A DNA stretch of 64,000 nucleotides from Xanthobacteraceae bacterium (GCA_039808405.1 JBDHSY010000001.1:2061-66060); one strand, 5' to 3'; shown: positions 9,516 through 18,947, counted from the first letter of the stretch. Program-made: numbers and translations. The notes: a model not told the origin generated them from the letters alone.

Positions 9516-9548
9516 GGACCGGCCTGTCTCAATGAGGCAGGCCGGTCC
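9516..9548 (-). terminator. Hairpin immediately downstream of copB
   Basis: 11-bp perfect stem GGACCGGCCTG / CAGGCCGGTCC with an 11-nt loop, 17 nt after the copB stop. There is no strong U-run. Confidence 0.45.
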
Positions 9549-9564
9549 TGAAACAATACCCTCT

Positions 9565-10581
9565 TCAGAACCAGGAACGGATTCCGATCAGGAGATGCCA
9601 TCCCCCCGCCTTTTCGTCCCGGGCACGCCGGAAATCCGCCGTATCGCCAAAGGCGCGTTCGTACTTCACGCCGACATACGGCGCGAACTCTGGCACGAAC
9701 TGATAGCGCAGCCGTAATCCCAGTTCGGCGGTGGAAAGACCGGAGCCGATGCCCAACTCGGGGACGTCCTGTGCGGCAAGATTGAATTCGATTGCCGGCT
9801 GGAGGATCAGTTTCTGGGTCAGGCGTTGATCATATTCTGCTTCGAACCGCGCGGTGACATCGCCCTTGTCCGAGAGAAACAGGGCTCCGTCGACTTCGAA
9901 CCAGTAAGGAGCAAGGCCCTGGACGCCGACAACAGCGTAAGTCCGATCAGGCCCCGCGCCAAAATCCTGACGGATACCGGCCTGAAGATTCCACCACGGG
10001 TCGAGCGCACGGCTCCAGAGCGCTTGCACCTCGGCGCTTTCGAGACTTTCGCCGAAGCGGCTCTCGCCCTCGGTCTTGACCCAGAACCGGTCGATATCGC
10101 CGCCATACCAGCCTTGCGCGTTCCACGCATAGCCATCCTTGCCCTTGCCGATGACTGCTTCCAGCTGATCGATCAGGATCATGCCGCTTTTGATATCGCC
10201 ATGTTCCTTGCGGGCGATTTCGCGCGCCGGGGACATTGCCGGAGCGCCGAAAATGGCATCGGCAGCGTGATCGGGGCCACGCAATGCCGCCGCTGACGGC
10301 GGCGCCACCGGCGGATCGGGAATGCCGGGCTCATGCCCGACATGAGCATCGTGTGCGTCCTTTGCCGGGGCCGTAGGCATCTGGTGGCCAGCGTGCGGAT
10401 CTGTCGGCTCGGAAGGCTTCGGTGGCATGTCGTGCCCGGCATGTGGATCGCCGCCGGTCTCATCGACCTGATGCTGCGCGTGCGGATCGGCCGGTGCCTG
10501 CTGCACGGCGGCACCATGATCCTGCTGCGCCAGGACGGGCGTTGCTATCCCGACAAGGAATAGGCCCAGGAGAGACTTCAT
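9565..10581 (-). CDS. copB: Copper resistance protein B (outer membrane)
   Basis: Signal peptide and N-terminal His/Met repeats (DPHAGHDMP, DPHAGHQMP). The C-terminal beta-barrel ends ...LLIGIRSWF. It overlaps copA by 4 nt. Confidence 0.9.
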   Translation of the reverse strand: MKSLLGLFLVGIATPVLAQQDHGAAVQQAPADPHAQHQVDETGGDPHAGHDMPPKPSEPTDPHAGHQMPTAPAKDAHDAHVGHEPGIPDPPVAPPSAAALRGPDHAADAIFGAPAMSPAREIARKEHGDIKSGMILIDQLEAVIGKGKDGYAWNAQGWYGGDIDRFWVKTEGESRFGESLESAEVQALWSRALDPWWNLQAGIRQDFGAGPDRTYAVVGVQGLAPYWFEVDGALFLSDKGDVTARFEAEYDQRLTQKLILQPAIEFNLAAQDVPELGIGSGLSTAELGLRLRYQFVPEFAPYVGVKYERAFGDTADFRRARDEKAGGWHLLIGIRSWF

Positions 10582-12344
10582 GCTGCTTCTCCCTCAAGCG
10601 GACGGACGGTGACGACACGGAACATCCCCGCGTGCATGTGCAGCAGCAAATGGCAGTGAAAGGCCCAGTCGCCCGGCGCATCGGCGGTCAGGTCGAAGCT
10701 GACCTTGCCGCCCGGCAGCACATTGACGGTGTGCTTGCGGGGGTAGCTGCCGGTATGGCCGTTCACCACCTCAAAGAAATGGCCATGCAGATGGATCGGA
10801 TGGGTCATCATCGTATCGTTGATGAGGACGACACGGGCGCGCTCATTACGCTCGAAGCGGATCGGTTCGACACCCTCGCTGAATTTTTCGCCATCGAACG
10901 ACCACATGAAGCGCTCCATATTGCCGGTGAGGTGGACCTCGATCGTGCGTTGCGGCGGGCGCGTGTCAGGGTTTGGGGTAAGCGACATAAGGTCACGGTA
11001 GGTCAGCACCTTGTGCCCGACATCTTCCAGCCCGACGCCCGGATCGCCGGTACGATCGACTGGTGACATGGCGATGGCATCCACGCCAACACCGACCTTG
11101 ACGCTGTCGGGGACCAAAGACTTGTCGCGCATGTTCATGCTGCCCATCGAATGGGAGCCGCCATGATCCATCCCGGCCATTGCGCCATGGTCCATTCCAG
11201 CCATTGAACTATGATCCATGCTGCCCATGCCCATGTCCCTCATGGTGAGTGTCGGACGTGGGCGAAGCGGTGGAACGGGCGCGGTCATCCCCATGCGCGG
11301 CGCGAGCGTGGCGCGCGCCATGCCGGAACGATCGATCGATTCCGCGACGAGCGTGAACGCCTTGTCCTCGGTTGGCTGGATAATGACGTCATAGGTCTCG
11401 GCATTGCCGATCTGGAATTCGTCCACGGTCACCGGACGGACATTCAGCCCATCAGCGCTGACCACGGTCATGGGCAGACCCGGAATGCGGATATTGAAGA
11501 TCGTCATGGTAGCAGCATTAATGAAGCGCAGCCGCACCCGCTCGCCGGAGCGAAAGAGGCCGGTCCAGTTTTCCTGCGGCCCGTGACCATTGACGAGATA
11601 AGTATAGGTGGCAGCCGTCACGTCCGCGATGTCCGTGGGGTCCATCCGCATCTTTCCCCACATGGCGCGGTCGGAAGCGGACATGCTCTCCTCGGGACCA
11701 CCACGCAGCATGCCGAACAGCGTCTGCCTCTGGCGGTTGAAATAGCCGCCTTCTGATTTGAGCTTGGTGACGAGCTGGTGCGGATGCAGGAAGGTCCAGT
11801 CGCTTAGCACGATCACATGCTCGCGATCATAGGCGACAGGATCGGACTCCGCTGGATCGATCACGATCGGTCCGTAATGGCCCTGCTGCTCCTGGAGGCC
11901 CGAATGGCTGTGATACCAATAGGTGCCGCTTTGCAGCAGCGGAAATTCGTAAACGAAGGTGGTGTGCGGCTTGATGCCGGGAAAGCTGACGCCGGGAACG
12001 CCGTCCATCTGAAACGGAACGATCAGCCCGTGCCAATGGATCGAGCTGTCCTCATCCAGCGTGTTTTCGACATGGAGGCGCACATTCTGCCCCTCGCGCA
12101 GCCGGATCAGCGGCGCTGGGAGTACACCGTTCATCGTAACGGCGTGGCCGGTACGCCCGCCGACCGTGAAAGCGGTATTGGCGATCTTGAGATGGATATC
12201 CTCGCCCGAAAGCGTGGGCATCTGTGGTGCCAGGCCCAGCGAGCCGGTCTGCGCCCAGGCCGGAAACAGGCCGGAAAAGCCCAGTCCGGCGGCACCGACC
12301 GCGCCGGCACGCAGTAGGGATCGTCGATCGATCGTCTGTGTCAT
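10578..12344 (-). CDS. copA: Multicopper oxidase CopA/PcoA
   Basis: Tat signal (RRSLLRAG), Cu-site motifs (HWHG, HSH, HPIHLHGH, HCHLLLHMHAGM), and a Met-rich insert (MGMGSMDHSSMAGMDHGAMAGMDHGG). Confidence 0.92.
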   Translation of the reverse strand: MTQTIDRRSLLRAGAVGAAGLGFSGLFPAWAQTGSLGLAPQMPTLSGEDIHLKIANTAFTVGGRTGHAVTMNGVLPAPLIRLREGQNVRLHVENTLDEDSSIHWHGLIVPFQMDGVPGVSFPGIKPHTTFVYEFPLLQSGTYWYHSHSGLQEQQGHYGPIVIDPAESDPVAYDREHVIVLSDWTFLHPHQLVTKLKSEGGYFNRQRQTLFGMLRGGPEESMSASDRAMWGKMRMDPTDIADVTAATYTYLVNGHGPQENWTGLFRSGERVRLRFINAATMTIFNIRIPGLPMTVVSADGLNVRPVTVDEFQIGNAETYDVIIQPTEDKAFTLVAESIDRSGMARATLAPRMGMTAPVPPLRPRPTLTMRDMGMGSMDHSSMAGMDHGAMAGMDHGGSHSMGSMNMRDKSLVPDSVKVGVGVDAIAMSPVDRTGDPGVGLEDVGHKVLTYRDLMSLTPNPDTRPPQRTIEVHLTGNMERFMWSFDGEKFSEGVEPIRFERNERARVVLINDTMMTHPIHLHGHFFEVVNGHTGSYPRKHTVNVLPGGKVSFDLTADAPGDWAFHCHLLLHMHAGMFRVVTVRPLEGEAA

Positions 12345-12428
12345 GATTTTGTCCTCGGCTCCACCGGGGAGCCTTCTATGTGCTGAATGGACCGGGAGGC
12401 GAGAAGTCGCCTCCCGGTTCGCGTCCGA

Positions 12429-12707
12429 TCAGTGCTGACCCGTGCCATGTCCGGCATGCGGATCGGCGGCAGGCGCTCCCGAAGGGGACGTCGCCTTGCC
12501 CTCGGCCTTCATTTTCTCGCAGCAGGCCATCTTGCCATCGGCATCCTTGTCGCAGCAGCCGCTGGACATATCGTGGCCTTCATGCCTGCCTTGGCCGGTC
12601 GTTCCGGCTTGAGTGGTGTGTTGGGTATGCACATCGGCCGGTGCGACGCTTTGGGCGAAGGCTGGCGTGGCGATCATCATCGTGATCGCAGCAATTATCA
12701 ACTTCAT
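12429..12707 (-). CDS. Small periplasmic Cys/His-rich protein (92 aa) upstream of copA
   Basis: Signal peptide (ATPAFA-Q), CCDKDADGKMACCEKMK motif, His-rich termini. GGAG lies 6 nt upstream of the ATG. Confidence 0.65.
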   Translation of the reverse strand: MKLIIAAITMMIATPAFAQSVAPADVHTQHTTQAGTTGQGRHEGHDMSSGCCDKDADGKMACCEKMKAEGKATSPSGAPAADPHAGHGTGQH

Positions 12708-12738
12708 GGCTAATCTCCGGAAGAAAGTGGGGTGAACC

Positions 12739-13077
12739 TCAATTCCTCGGAGTCATACGCGGCGGCGGCGTTTCTCCCTCAAGCGTGATCGCGGCGAGAT
12801 ATCGCTGTCCCACAATAGAATATAACGTCTTTGTTGGCCGATCCCGCTGCTCGATGAGGGGAGGCATTGCCGGGAACGCCGCGCAGGCAACGGCGCAGTG
12901 CATGCCGGGTTCGGGTGATTTACGATCAGAGGAAGACTCGCTGCCGGCACAATGTCCTGCCACCGAAGCCACCTCCACTGCGCCCTGGTACGGCATAGCC
13001 GCTGCATTGCCGCTCGCCATGGATACAGACGAGAAGAGCATGACAAGCGCAATCAGGAGTGACGAAAGCAACTTCAT
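12739..13077 (-). CDS. Small exported Cys-motif protein heading the copAB operon (family member 2 of 3)
   Basis: Internal ATG at 13077 (AGGA 5 nt upstream) gives a 112-aa protein, MKLLSSLLIALVMLFSSVSMA.... It has a GMHCAVACAAFPAMPP motif and a Pro-rich C-terminus (TPPPRMTPRN). Confidence 0.6.
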   Translation of the reverse strand: MKLLSSLLIALVMLFSSVSMASGNAAAMPYQGAVEVASVAGHCAGSESSSDRKSPEPGMHCAVACAAFPAMPPLIEQRDRPTKTLYSIVGQRYLAAITLEGETPPPRMTPRN

Positions 13078-13143
13078 CACAATCCTGTGGGGTGGTTGGC
13101 CATTGGTGACAACGATTCGAATCCTTCTAGAACTCTCGATGCA

Positions 13144-13205
13144 CCTTGACACTATGACAAGGTCAAGGCGCATATTGACTCTAACATAGTGTCAAGCCCC
13201 ATATT
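13144..13205 (+). promoter_or_regulatory. Two tandem MerR(CueR)-type promoters upstream of the Cu ATPase
   Basis: Site 1 is CCTTGAC-N11-GTCAAGG (13144-13168). Site 2 is TTGACtCTAacaTAGtGTCAA (13175-13195). Each gives TTGAC(A/T), a 19-nt spacer, then CATATT (13171-13176 and 13200-13205). Confidence 0.6.
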
Positions 13206-13231
13206 GCTGTGTGATAGAAGGAGACGGTGTA

Positions 13232-15598
13232 ATGGCCGAGTCGAACCAGAGCGATCATTCCGGGGACCACAGTCGTTGTGGAGGCCATGACAAGCATTCC
13301 GCCGGACTGGTTGTCGACCCGGTTTGCGGCATGACGGTCGATCCCGAAACCACCACGCATCACGCAAGCCATGCCGGCCATGACTACCATTTTTGCAGCG
13401 CCGGCTGCCGCGAGAAGTTCATCGCCGACCCGGAAAAATATCTGAACAAGTCGGCGGCCGACCGCGCCGTCGATGCTCCTCCGGGCACGATGTGGACCTG
13501 CCCGATGCATCCCGAAATCCGGCAGGATCATCCCGGCGCCTGCCCGATCTGCGGCATGGGGCTTGAGCCGGAAATGGTCAGCGCCGACACCGGACCGAGC
13601 GCCGAACTGACCGACATGTCGCGCCGTTTCTGGATTGGCCTCGTGCTGGCGATCCCGGTCTTCATCCTTGAAATGGGCGGGCATCTGTTCCCGGCGCTGC
13701 ATCATCTCGTGCCGATGAAGGTGTCGATCTGGATTCAATTCGCACTGGCGACGCCGGTCGTGCTGTGGGCGGGCTGGCCCTTCTTCGAGCGTGGCTGGGC
13801 ATCGCTCAAAACCCGCAATCTCAACATGTTCACGCTCATCGCGATGGGGACCGGGGTCGCATGGGCCTATAGCGTCGTCGCGACGCTGGCGCCCGGCATC
13901 TTCCCGGATGCCTTCCGCGCCGCCGACGGGACGGTTGCGGTCTATTTCGAGGCGGCCGCCGTCATCACCGTGCTCGTGTTACTGGGGCAGGTGCTGGAGC
14001 TGCGCGCCCGCGAGCGCACGTCGGGCGCGATCAAGGCGTTGCTGAACCTTGCCCCGAAAACCGCGCGACGTATCGCCGACGATGGCAGCGAAGCGGAAAT
14101 CCCACTGGAGGATGTGGCGGTGGGCGACCGGCTACGGGTGCGGCCGGGTGAAAAGGTGCCGGTCGACGGCGTCGTCGAGGACGGGCGCTCGGCGCTCGAT
14201 GAATCGATGGTGACGGGCGAATCCATGCCCGTCACCAAGTCGGATGGCGATACGGTGATCGGCGGCACCATGAACCAGAGCGGCGCCCTGGTCATCCGCG
14301 CCGACAAGGTCGGGCGCGATACGATGCTTTCGCGTATCGTCCAGATGGTCGCCGAGGCGCAGCGCTCCCGCGCGCCGATCCAGCGCATGGCCGATCAGGT
14401 CTCCGGCTGGTTCGTGCCGGTTGTCATCGGGGTCGCTGTCCTCGCCTTCGTCATCTGGGGCGTCTGGGGTCCAGAGCCGCGCTTTGCCCATGGGCTGATC
14501 GCGGCGGTATCGGTGCTGATCATCGCTTGCCCCTGCGCATTGGGACTGGCGACACCGATGTCGATCATGGTCGGCGTCGGGCGCGGCGCAGGGCTTGGCG
14601 TCCTCATCAAGAACGCCGAGGCGCTGGAGCATATGGAGAAGGTCGATACGCTGGTCGTCGACAAGACCGGCACGCTGACCGAAGGCAAGCCCGCCGTCAC
14701 CCGGATCATCGCGGCGGACGGATATGTCGAAGCGGAAATTCTGCGAATCGCCGCCGGTGTGGAGCGCGCATCGGAGCATCCGCTGGCGCTGGCGATCGTT
14801 GACGCGGCGACGGGCCGGAACATCGAAATTCCGCCCGTCAGCGACTTTGACTCGCCGACCGGCAAGGGTGCCCTGGGGGTGATCGAGGGCAAGCGCGTCA
14901 CGCTCGGCAATGCGCGTTTTCTGGCGGAATCGGGAATCGACACCGCGCCGCTTGCCGCCGAGGCCGATGCGCTTCGCAGCGATGGCGCGACCGCGATCTT
15001 CATGGGGCTGGATAATCGGGCCGTTGGTATTTTCGCCATCGCCGATCCGATCAAGCCGACGACGCCCGAGGCGCTGGCCGCCCTCCGCGCCGACGGCATC
15101 AAGGTGGTGATGCTGACTGGCGACAATCGGACGACCGCTGAGGCGGTCGCGCGCCAACTCGGCATAGATGCGGTCGAGGCTGATGTCTTGCCCGACCAGA
15201 AAGCAGATGTCGTCGTGCGGCTGAAGCAGGAAGGCCGTGTCGTCGCGATGGCGGGCGACGGGGTCAATGATGCCCCGGCATTGGCGGCCGCCGATGTCGG
15301 CATCGCGATGGGGCACGGCACCGATGTCGCCATGGAAAGCGCGGGCGTGACGCTACTCAAGGGCGATCTCAACGGCATCGTCCGCGCCCGCCAGCTCAGC
15401 GAGGCGACGATGGCCAACATTCGCCAGAACCTGTTCTTCGCCTTCGTCTACAACGCGGCAGGCGTGCCGATCGCTGCTGGATTGCTCTATCCGTTCTTCG
15501 GCATCCTGCTCTCGCCGATGATCGCCGCGGCGGCGATGGCCTTGTCGTCGGTGAGCGTCGTCGCCAACGCACTGCGTCTCAACCGGGTGAAGCTGTGA
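13232..15598 (+). CDS. Copper-translocating P1B-1 ATPase with an N-terminal YHS/TRASH-like domain and a CPMHP..CPICGM domain instead of a classical HMA
   Basis: [25 protein letters not shown] motifs. N-terminus reads DPVCGMTVD...[12 protein letters not shown] and [26 protein letters not shown]. Start chosen at ATG 13232 (AAGGAG 8 nt upstream) rather than the track GTG at 13211. Confidence 0.9.
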   Translation: MAESNQSDHSGDHSRCGGHDKHSAGLVVDPVCGMTVDPETTTHHASHAGHDYHFCSAGCREKFIADPEKYLNKSAADRAVDAPPGTMWTCPMHPEIRQDHPGACPICGMGLEPEMVSADTGPSAELTDMSRRFWIGLVLAIPVFILEMGGHLFPALHHLVPMKVSIWIQFALATPVVLWAGWPFFERGWASLKTRNLNMFTLIAMGTGVAWAYSVVATLAPGIFPDAFRAADGTVAVYFEAAAVITVLVLLGQVLELRARERTSGAIKALLNLAPKTARRIADDGSEAEIPLEDVAVGDRLRVRPGEKVPVDGVVEDGRSALDESMVTGESMPVTKSDGDTVIGGTMNQSGALVIRADKVGRDTMLSRIVQMVAEAQRSRAPIQRMADQVSGWFVPVVIGVAVLAFVIWGVWGPEPRFAHGLIAAVSVLIIACPCALGLATPMSIMVGVGRGAGLGVLIKNAEALEHMEKVDTLVVDKTGTLTEGKPAVTRIIAADGYVEAEILRIAAGVERASEHPLALAIVDAATGRNIEIPPVSDFDSPTGKGALGVIEGKRVTLGNARFLAESGIDTAPLAAEADALRSDGATAIFMGLDNRAVGIFAIADPIKPTTPEALAALRADGIKVVMLTGDNRTTAEAVARQLGIDAVEADVLPDQKADVVVRLKQEGRVVAMAGDGVNDAPALAAADVGIAMGHGTDVAMESAGVTLLKGDLNGIVRARQLSEATMANIRQNLFFAFVYNAAGVPIAAGLLYPFFGILLSPMIAAAAMALSSVSVVANALRLNRVKL

Positions 15599-16008
15599 AT
15601 ATCGGCGCAGCCTCGAAAGAGAGCGGGGTCTCGCAGCGGATGATCCGCCATTATGAGAAGATCGGCCTGATCCCGGCGCCACCGCGCCGGGACAGCGGCT
15701 ATCGCGATTATGCCGATGCCGATGTCCACCGCCTGCGCTTCATCGCCAATGCGCGCGATCTTGGCTTTCCGATCGAGGACATCCGCGATCTACTCGGGCT
15801 GTGGAGCAACAGCCAGCGCGCCAGTGCGGAGGTAAAAGCGCTCGCCATCGCCCGCGCCGAAGAACTCGACCGCAAGGCCAAAGCGCTTCAGGCCCTGCGC
15901 CGCACGCTACTGGAACTGGCCGACCGCTGCCATGGCGACGACCGTCCCGATTGCCCGATCATCGAGCGTATGTCCGGCTACGCGAACGGTGCAACCAGTG
16001 ACATGTGA
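15595..16008 (+). CDS. cueR: MerR-family Cu(I)-responsive regulator (CueR/HmrR type)
   Basis: [28 protein letters not shown] and C-terminal [10 protein letters not shown] metal loop. It overlaps the ATPase stop by 4 nt. Confidence 0.85.
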   Translation: MNIGAASKESGVSQRMIRHYEKIGLIPAPPRRDSGYRDYADADVHRLRFIANARDLGFPIEDIRDLLGLWSNSQRASAEVKALAIARAEELDRKAKALQALRRTLLELADRCHGDDRPDCPIIERMSGYANGATSDM

Positions 16009-16222
16009 AGCTTTGGGTTACAGACAATGTAGGTGAGTATGTTGGACTCCGCTGTCGGAATCGGGGCGGCACCTCTCAACCTGTAATCGCTGGCGGCCGT
16101 TCATGTGTGAAACAGGATCGGCGAAATCTGAGCCTGTGTAGCGCGCCCAACCGACCGATGCCATTAGCTGTTCTTTTTGAGCGCCCGGCGCCTGTCGTCG
16201 CGCTTGTTTGAGGCGCTTCTCG

Positions 16223-17143
16223 TCACCCTGCGGATGCTGGTGGCAGCAGCGTTCCCAGCCATGCGACCAAAGCGAGGATGAGTATCCCGGCGCCAACTTC
16301 GAGCCAGAGGCTTCGACGCAGCCGCGACACCGCTCCTTCTATGTTGCCGTCTTTGATTCCTGTCGCCAGCGCTGGGGTCAGACTGAAGCGATTACTAGCT
16401 GCCAGCGCAAGCATCAGTCCGAAAAGGACGAGCTTGATGAGGAGCAGCCGGCCATAGGCACTCTGGAATAGCCCCGACATATTTTGCGGCCCGATCAGCG
16501 CGTAACTGTTCACAACGCCCGTCACGAAGATCAAGCCAACGATGACCGTGCCAGCAGTGGCGAAACCGGCAAGCGCCCGATGTGCTGCATCGAGCGGCTC
16601 AAACATTGGAGAGCGGCGTGACAGGATCAGGATAAAGGCGGCCAGGGCACCAATCCACGCCGATGCGGCAAGCAAATGAAGGATGTCACCGACAAGGTGG
16701 ACCATCCCCGTGAGACCTTCCGACGCGGCGCCATGACCTGACCAGGCGAGGCTGGCGACTGGGATCGCGGCAATAAGGGCAAGAATTGTTATCCCGGCTT
16801 TCCGGAACGCCCAGGAAGCATGAACGGCAGCGCATAATATGGTCAGCGCCAATATACGCGCGAGCAGTGCCCAACCGACGGGCGTCTCGGTCAATATCAT
16901 CATAACCGAGGCATGATCGACGTCCTTCAGATCGACGCCAAGCATCGCGGCGACGGCAAGAACGAAGCTCAAGCCGCTCAGCCCAATGCCCAACCCGGCC
17001 AACGCTGTTGTCAACCAGCGGAGCGGGAGCAACTCCTCGCGCTCAGACCCCTTCAGGGCATAGAGCGCGAAGAGGAGCAACCCGAACAACAGTCCAAGAT
17101 CCGCGTAGAGTGACCAGCGGATCGCGACAAGCGGACCGTCCAT
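16223..17143 (-). CDS. copD: Copper resistance protein D (inner membrane)
   Basis: 306-aa polytopic membrane ORF directly downstream of copC. Confidence 0.85.
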   Translation of the reverse strand: MDGPLVAIRWSLYADLGLLFGLLLFALYALKGSEREELLPLRWLTTALAGLGIGLSGLSFVLAVAAMLGVDLKDVDHASVMMILTETPVGWALLARILALTILCAAVHASWAFRKAGITILALIAAIPVASLAWSGHGAASEGLTGMVHLVGDILHLLAASAWIGALAAFILILSRRSPMFEPLDAAHRALAGFATAGTVIVGLIFVTGVVNSYALIGPQNMSGLFQSAYGRLLLIKLVLFGLMLALAASNRFSLTPALATGIKDGNIEGAVSRLRRSLWLEVGAGILILALVAWLGTLLPPASAG

Positions 17144-17146
17144 TCT

Positions 17147-17533
17147 TCAGCGCACCGTAAAGGTTAAACTGCCAGTGATCCGATGAGTGTCGGCCGCGAC
17201 GGCATGCCAGTCGACCTTGTAGCTGCCAGCGGTCAGCGGACGCGCCAGGGTCACGATGAGCGTCTTGCCATCCTCTCCAATCGCAGTTGTCACTCCACCA
17301 ATCTTCATCGGGGCATGGTTTGCCATGCCCGGCATACCGGTCATCGTAAGATCGACACCGGACAGGCGCGGCATCAGTCGCTCGCTAAATGTAAGCGTCA
17401 GGCGGTTTGTGGCACCAACCGTCGCACTGGCCGCCGGCGTCGAGCTAACGAGCTTGGGATGGGCGAGCGCCGGCGTTGACAGGCCGATTGACAGAATTGC
17501 CAGCAGGGCTGCGAATTTCGTCTTTGTCTTCAT
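17147..17533 (-). CDS. copC: Periplasmic copper-binding protein CopC
   Basis: Signal peptide ending ALA-HPKL (N-terminal His after cleavage), a Met-rich loop (MTGMPGMANHAPM), and a C-terminal ...HRITGSLTFTV. Confidence 0.88.
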   Translation of the reverse strand: MKTKTKFAALLAILSIGLSTPALAHPKLVSSTPAASATVGATNRLTLTFSERLMPRLSGVDLTMTGMPGMANHAPMKIGGVTTAIGEDGKTLIVTLARPLTAGSYKVDWHAVAADTHRITGSLTFTVR

Positions 17534-17616
17534 CGAACATCTCCGTTGGGTTCGATGTATTTTACGCAGCCTGGCCGCTTACCCCTCGTTACCAAGCGTC
17601 GAGGGGTTTTCCGCTA

Positions 17617-17640
17617 CCATGCGTAAACTGCCATGCGTAA
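17617..17640 (+). repeat. Direct repeat CCATGCGTAA-N4-CCATGCGTAA upstream of the cnrY-like gene
   Basis: Exact 10-mers at 17617-17626 and 17631-17640, 32-55 nt upstream of ATG 17672. Function unknown. Confidence 0.4.
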
Positions 17641-17671
17641 TGTGGCGGATTGGGGGGGCGGGAGTAGTGAG

Positions 17672-17950
17672 ATGATGGACATAGATGCGGCGCTCAGGCG
17701 CTTAAGAGAGCTTCCGGTAGACCCCAGGTTGGAACAAATCGACGGTGCCGTAATGGAAGCGGTTATCTTCCAACGAAGGTATGGCACTCCGTTGCCGAGC
17801 ACGGCTTTCGGCATAGCGGCCGTCTTTGCGCTCTCGATCGGATTGTTTGGCTCAGTGATAGCAACACACGAGACTAGCACCACATCGATCGCCCCTCTCG
17901 GCGCGCCGCCGGCATTGGCTCCTTCGACGCTTCTCGGTGCAAGCGAATGA
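17672..17950 (+). CDS. Small membrane-anchored protein, CnrY-like anti-sigma candidate
   Basis: About 92 aa with one TM segment (FGIAAVFALSIGLFGSVIA). It is the first gene of a three-gene unit and overlaps the next gene by 4 nt. Start at ATG 17672 (GGAG about 7 nt upstream); the track start at 17633 is also possible. Confidence 0.55.
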   Translation: MMDIDAALRRLRELPVDPRLEQIDGAVMEAVIFQRRYGTPLPSTAFGIAAVFALSIGLFGSVIATHETSTTSIAPLGAPPALAPSTLLGASE

Positions 17951-18387
17951 CGGACCGTCGCCGTCTGTTGCTTATCGCGGTAATTGCCTTTCTCGCGGCG
18001 ATAGCGGGTGCATTTATTGGCCGCGCGTTCATCGCAGGGCCGGCACCAGTCGAAAATGAACTTCACTCCTTGCTTCACCATGAGCTTAAACTCGACCGCG
18101 CACAGCAAACGCAAATGGATGAGATCGAGCGTCGTTTCGCTATCCGTAGGCAGGCACTGGAACTAGAACTGCGCGCTGATAATGCCAGGCTTGCCGATGC
18201 CATTCAGGCCGAACACGGCTATGGTCCTGCTGTTGGCGCTGCGATTGATCGTTCACATCAGGCGATGGGCGAGCTTCAGAAAGAAACGCTTGAACATATC
18301 TTCGCCATGCGGGCCGTTCTCACACCTGAACAGGCCGCCAAGTTTGACGCCACAGTAGTCAGGGCGCTGACGGCCAAAGAACGGTGA
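17947..18387 (+). CDS. Periplasmic metal sensor, CnrX/Spy-CpxP-like
   Basis: N-terminal TM anchor, HSLLHHE and LEHIFAMRAVLTPEQ motifs. Reading it against CnrX from memory gives an overall helical match (ADNARLADAI...). Confidence 0.7.
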   Translation: MTDRRRLLLIAVIAFLAAIAGAFIGRAFIAGPAPVENELHSLLHHELKLDRAQQTQMDEIERRFAIRRQALELELRADNARLADAIQAEHGYGPAVGAAIDRSHQAMGELQKETLEHIFAMRAVLTPEQAAKFDATVVRALTAKER

Positions 18388-18947
18388 GTCTCGATCTCGC
18401 CGCCTGCTCGGATGGCGAGCTGGCAGCGCTCGCGTTGGGCGGACGACAACTCGCCTATAGTGAATTGATGCAGCGTCACCGAGGCAGCGTGTTCCGCTTG
18501 CTGCGCAGTCATGTCGGTGACGCGGACGCCGCCGTCGACCTTACCCAGCAGAGCTTCATCGCCGCATTTTCGGCTTTGCACAGCTATGATGGCGAACGCC
18601 CGTTTCGGCTATGGATCTCGCGCATCGCAATCAACAAGGCGCGGGACTGGGCACGACGCCGCGCTGTCCGCCGCTTCTTTACCTTTGCCCGCCCTATTGA
18701 AGAAGCGTGGCACATCGCGGACGGCACCGCAGGCGCCGATGTCGAACTGGCCGATCGACACGAACTGGAACGCACGATGGCGGCTATCGGCACACTGCCG
18801 GCCAATCTCCGAGAAGTGCTCGTGCTCCGCACGATCGAGGAGTTAAGTCAGGCCGAAACGGCAGGAGCGCTTGGGATTAGCGGGAAGGCCGTGGAAACCA
18901 GACTTTATCGCGCCCGTGCCAAGCTTGCAGAAATATTGGGGGGTTGA
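18384..18947 (+). CDS. ECF RNA polymerase sigma factor (CnrH-like position)
   Basis: 187 aa with a sigma-70 region 2 (FRLLRSHVGDADAAVDLTQQSFI..WISRIAINKARDW) and region 4 (VLVLRTIEELSQAETAGALGISGKAVETRLYRARAKL). Confidence 0.88.
   Translation: MSLDLAACSDGELAALALGGRQLAYSELMQRHRGSVFRLLRSHVGDADAAVDLTQQSFIAAFSALHSYDGERPFRLWISRIAINKARDWARRRAVRRFFTFARPIEEAWHIADGTAGADVELADRHELERTMAAIGTLPANLREVLVLRTIEELSQAETAGALGISGKAVETRLYRARAKLAEILGG

Noticed and set aside
13136-13167. Reading CueR-type dyad 1 as a leftward promoter for the divergent copAB leader operon
   Set aside because: With the 19-nt MerR spacing, the minus-strand -10 would be CATCGA. The rightward reading gives CATATT for both dyads.
14132-15420. 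Long minus-strand ORFs (394 aa and 341 aa) inside the copper ATPase gene
   Set aside because: They are antisense to a CDS with unmistakable P-type ATPase motifs. The translations are Arg/Ala/Gly/Pro-rich low-complexity sequence, typical of shadow ORFs in GC-rich DNA.
17581-17610. Hairpin ACCCCTCG-N11-CGAGGGGT followed by TTTT, read as a + strand terminator
   Set aside because: There is no + strand gene upstream to terminate (copC is on the minus strand and starts at 17533). I kept it only as an unexplained structure within the cnrY-like upstream region.
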